DNA of 64,000 nt from Mobula hypostoma. Its lineage: Eukaryota. The DNA lies in the NCBI RefSeq assembly GCF_963921235.1, contig NC_086108.1, forward strand, positions 10,850,001-10,914,000, read 5' to 3'. Of this stretch, positions 60,831 through 64,000 are shown one piece after another. The notes beneath the pieces were generated by a model. It ran no database searches. It had not been told where the DNA came from and saw nothing but the letters and a program-made list of their open reading frames with translations. How positions within the stretch are numbered: the stretch's first letter is position 1; each line of letters begins with the position of its first letter. A program made the position numbers and the translations under genes.

Positions 60831-62262
60831 TTTACAGTACAGGTGACCCAGGATTAATTCCCACCGCTGTCTGTGACCACAAGGCATGGAAGTAAATTTC
60901 AGTCAAGGTGGTGCCAGCAAGTAATGCAACTTCAGTGAACATCTTCCAGATTGTCCACCAAACAGTGTCTTTCACTTCTCTTACATCTTCCTTTTTCTTT
61001 AAATGTGTTTCTGATAGTGTTGGAGCCTGTGATCTACAGTCTGATGGCATGTCATCGGGCCGAATGAGTGGTCTGGTGCTTTGCTATCGCCAAGAAGGAT
61101 CCAGGAGGCCCCGCAACCAAGCAGCTTAGAGAGCCCATGATTGACTCCATCTCTTGCCGATCTCACTGATTAAAGCGTCGAGGAAGATTGAAGTCATCGA
61201 GGTGAGTGTGGAGGGCGAGGAGTGATCAGTGCTACCAACCAGACCCTTACTCGCTGCTGCATTCGAATGGTCTCTCTCGCTCACCCTCGATTCTGTTGGA
61301 GGGTGGTACCAAAATTCTGGGTCTGCGGCTTGTGGATTGGACTGTAATTTGATTGGACTCTTTCAATTCTGTGTTTTGCTCATTTTCGTGTTGCCGCTGG
61401 TGCGATTTGTCTTTTTGTTTGGCACGTGGGGGAAATTGATGCCTTTCTCTGAATGGGTTCCATGGTTTTCTTTGTTTCGTAGATGTCTGTGGGAAGACAA
61501 ATCGCAGAATTGTATTCTGCATTCAGTAGTCAACTGAAGGTATGTTGAACTTTGAACTCTGACACTGAGGCATTTTGACACACCTTGTGCTCTCGATTTT
61601 TGTGTGACTCTCTGCAAGCATTTCCTCCAGAGTCCTGCTGACTGTCATCCGCACGTCTGCAGGATAATTACGGGCTGTGGTTGAAGCTTCTACTGTGCCT
61701 CAGGTGATGACAGGCTCCTGTCAAGCGTCATCTCGACAGTAGGCTCCTTCCGAGCCACTGATTTGATTCTCCGACACCACTCCTCAACATTAAGCTGCAT
61801 TCCTGGTGAAGACCTGTCGCAGCTGGCAGCGCAGTGGAGAAATGGCTTGTTAATCAGGCCCTGGGAGCAGTCAGTCCTTTCCTGGGAAGACACTGGCATC
61901 TCTCTCTAATATCCTTCTTGACGCTTATCCCTGAAAGTGGCCAAAGTGCCACACCTGCCCATTCACCTCTATTCAGGCCCCAAACAGTGCTTCCAGCTGA
62001 GACAACACTTCACCTGCAAATCTGTTGGGGTTGTCTATGTTGTACGCTCCACTCGATGCAGCCTCTTCTACATTGGTGAGACCCGTTGTAAATTGGGAAC
62101 CACTTTGTCGAGCATCTCTGCACCATCCACCATAAGTGGGACTTCCGATGGCCAAACATTTTAATTCCGATTCCCATTCCCATGTTGATTTGCTGGTTCA
62201 TGGCTTCCTTTTGTGCCAAGATGAGGCCACCCTCAGGGTTGAGCACAACACCTTATATTCCA

Positions 62263-62354
62263 GCAACACACATAAAAGTTGCTGGTGAACGCAGCAGGCC
62301 AGGCAGCATCTCTAGGAAGAGGTGCAGTCGACGTTTCAGGCCGAGACCCTTCGT
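62263..62354 (-). mobile_element. Antisense Penelope pLTR insert with 14-bp TSD
   Basis: CACCTTATATTCCA at 62249-62262 and 62355-62368. Confidence 0.9.
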
Positions 62355-62356
62355 CA
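62325..62356 (-). ncRNA. Minimal hammerhead ribozyme core, truncated at the first C of CUGACGA
   Basis: Minus strand reads TGACGA AGGGTCTCGGCCT GAAA CG TC GACTG with palindromic stem III ACGU; predicted cut between 62330 and 62329. Confidence 0.75.
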
Positions 62357-63106
62357 CCTTATATTCCACCAGGGTAGCCTCCAACTTGATGGCATGGATA
62401 TAGATTTCTCCTTCCAGTAAACGGCCCCCCCACTTCTATTCCTCACTATGAGTTTTTACCTCCTCTCATCTCCCCCTGTGTCCCCTCCTACTTCCCTTTC
62501 TCCTATGGTCCACGATCCTCTTCTATCAGATTCCTTCCTCTCCAGCCCTCGAGATTTCCCACTCGCCTGACTTCACCTATCTCCTTTCAGCTAGCCTCCT
62601 TTCCCTCCCCATCTTTTTATTCTGGCATCTTCACTCTTCCTTCTCAAGTTGAAGGGTCTCGGCACAATACGTCAACTGTTGATTAATGTCCATAGATGCT
62701 GCCTGATCTGCTGAGTTCCTCCAGCATTTTGTTTGCATTGATCTGGATTTCCAGCATCTTAGAGTTTGTTGTGCTGATTATTTTTCACTCAGTGACTGAA
62801 TTCCTTATCCTGCCTACACTCATTATATTGGAAATTCACAACGTTGGAAACTAAGTATGGGGGTAGGTGTTAGATACATGAGGGACATTTAAGAAAATCT
62901 TAGATAGGCACATGTATGATTGAAAAATGGAGGGCTGTGTGGGAGGGATAAGACCATAAGATATAGGAGCAGAATTAGGCCATTTGGCCCATCAGGTCTG
63001 CACCACCATTTCATCATGGCTGATCCATTTCCTTCTCAGCCCCAGTCTCCTTCTTTCTCCCCGCATCCCTCATGCTCTGACTAATCGATCAGCCTCTGCC
63101 TCAAAT

Positions 63107-63863
63107 CGGGGTCCCCAACCTTTTTTGCACCGTGGACCAGTTTAATATTGACAATATTCTTGCAGACCGGCTGACCGGCGGGTGGGGGGGGGTGGTGGCG
63201 GGTGTTCAAGTGGGGTTAAACTCACTTCAACATGTCTCTTACAGTTAGGGTTGCCAACTTTCTCACTCCCAAATAAGGGACAAAATTAGCAGTCAAATCC
63301 CGGGACACTTGTTTTTACCCCAGGAAAGACTACCATGACCACGAAGCCTTGCGCAGGCACCTGTGTGCGCATGCGTGACGTACGTGTGCGCGTACGTGCC
63401 GATTTTTTTTCCACAAATTGGTTTTGCCTTAATCTTCCAGACTATACTGTACATACATTATTTCTACTTTATATAGGCTGTGTATTTATCATATCATTCC
63501 TGCTTTTGCTATATGTTAGTGTTATTTTTGGTTTTATGTGTTATTTGGTATGATTTGGTAGGTTATTTTCTGGATCTGGGAACGCTCAAAAAATTTTCTC
63601 ATATAAATTAATGGTAATTGCTTCTTTGCTTTACACCATTTCGGCACGAAAGGTTTCTTAGGAACGCTCTACCTTAACAGGGGAAATACAGGACAAGACA
63701 GGTCCTGTATGGGACAAACTAATTTAGCCCAATTTATGGGATGTCCGGGCAATACGGGACAGTTGGCAACCCTATGTACAAGTTCAACAGTGCGTGACAG
63801 GGAATGAGGAAAGGTGCAGCTGACTCGTATCGTTTCCTCGCGGCCCGGTGGTTGGGACTACTG
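63107..63863. mobile_element. hAT-type MITE (Charlie-like ends) with 8-bp TSD
   Basis: CGGGGTCCCCAAC ... GTTGGGACTACTG termini; CCTCAAAT (63099-63106) / CCTGAAAT (63864-63871); inserted in a CR1 3'UTR. Confidence 0.8.
63211..63774. mobile_element. Inner hAT-type MITE with TAGGGTTGCCAACT TIRs
   Basis: Perfect 14-bp inverted repeat at 63246-63259 and 63761-63774; TGTTCAAG (63203-63210) / TGTACAAG (63775-63782). Confidence 0.75.
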
Positions 63864-64000
63864 CCTGAAATATATCCATTTAATGACAGAGAAATGTATT
63901 CAATTTACATTCTGAAATGCTTTTACTTTGCAACCATCTATGAAAACAGAGGAGTGCCCCCAAAGAATGAATGACAGTTAAATGTTAGAACCCCAAAGTC

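Larger units (their letters stand above)
61945..62770 (+). mobile_element. Penelope-like element 3' end (GIY-YIG + pLTR with decayed hammerhead at 62648-62678)
   Basis: GPKQCFQLRQHFTCKSVGVVYVVRSTRCSLFYIGET, HFN; pLTR has TGAAGGGTCTCGGCAC AATA CGTC AACTG. Confidence 0.87.

Overview
Eukaryotic, repeat-saturated DNA in which I could not recognise any host exon, so it is probably intronic or intergenic. The repeat landscape (CR1 LINEs, V-SINEs, Rex1/Babar derivatives, Penelope elements) suggests a cartilaginous fish, probably a ray; this is inference. Nearly all ORFs come from mobile elements or microsatellites. Main contents: many CR1 copies, including one near full length and one young copy with an uninterrupted 681-aa APE-end/RT ORF; a full-length but decayed Nimb/I-group LINE; Penelope-like elements (RT + GIY-YIG); two non-autonomous Chapaev3-type DNA transposons; Tc1 and hAT derivatives; TG..CA LTRs with 5-bp target-site duplications (TSDs); a Gypsy integrase remnant; a Tx1-like remnant; SINEs; an 11-copy 95-bp tandem array; and large microsatellites. 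The most notable hidden signals are: (1) a minimal type I hammerhead ribozyme motif in the Penelope pseudo-LTRs, where no single copy is intact but the consensus is canonical, and three short inserts end at its CUGANGA box; (2) a LINE insertion carrying an inverted ~210-bp copy of nearby flanking DNA; and (3) a four-level nested insertion stack at 37.5-50.7 kb. Family names come from recognising motifs by eye, not from database searches. Element ends without a TSD are approximate.
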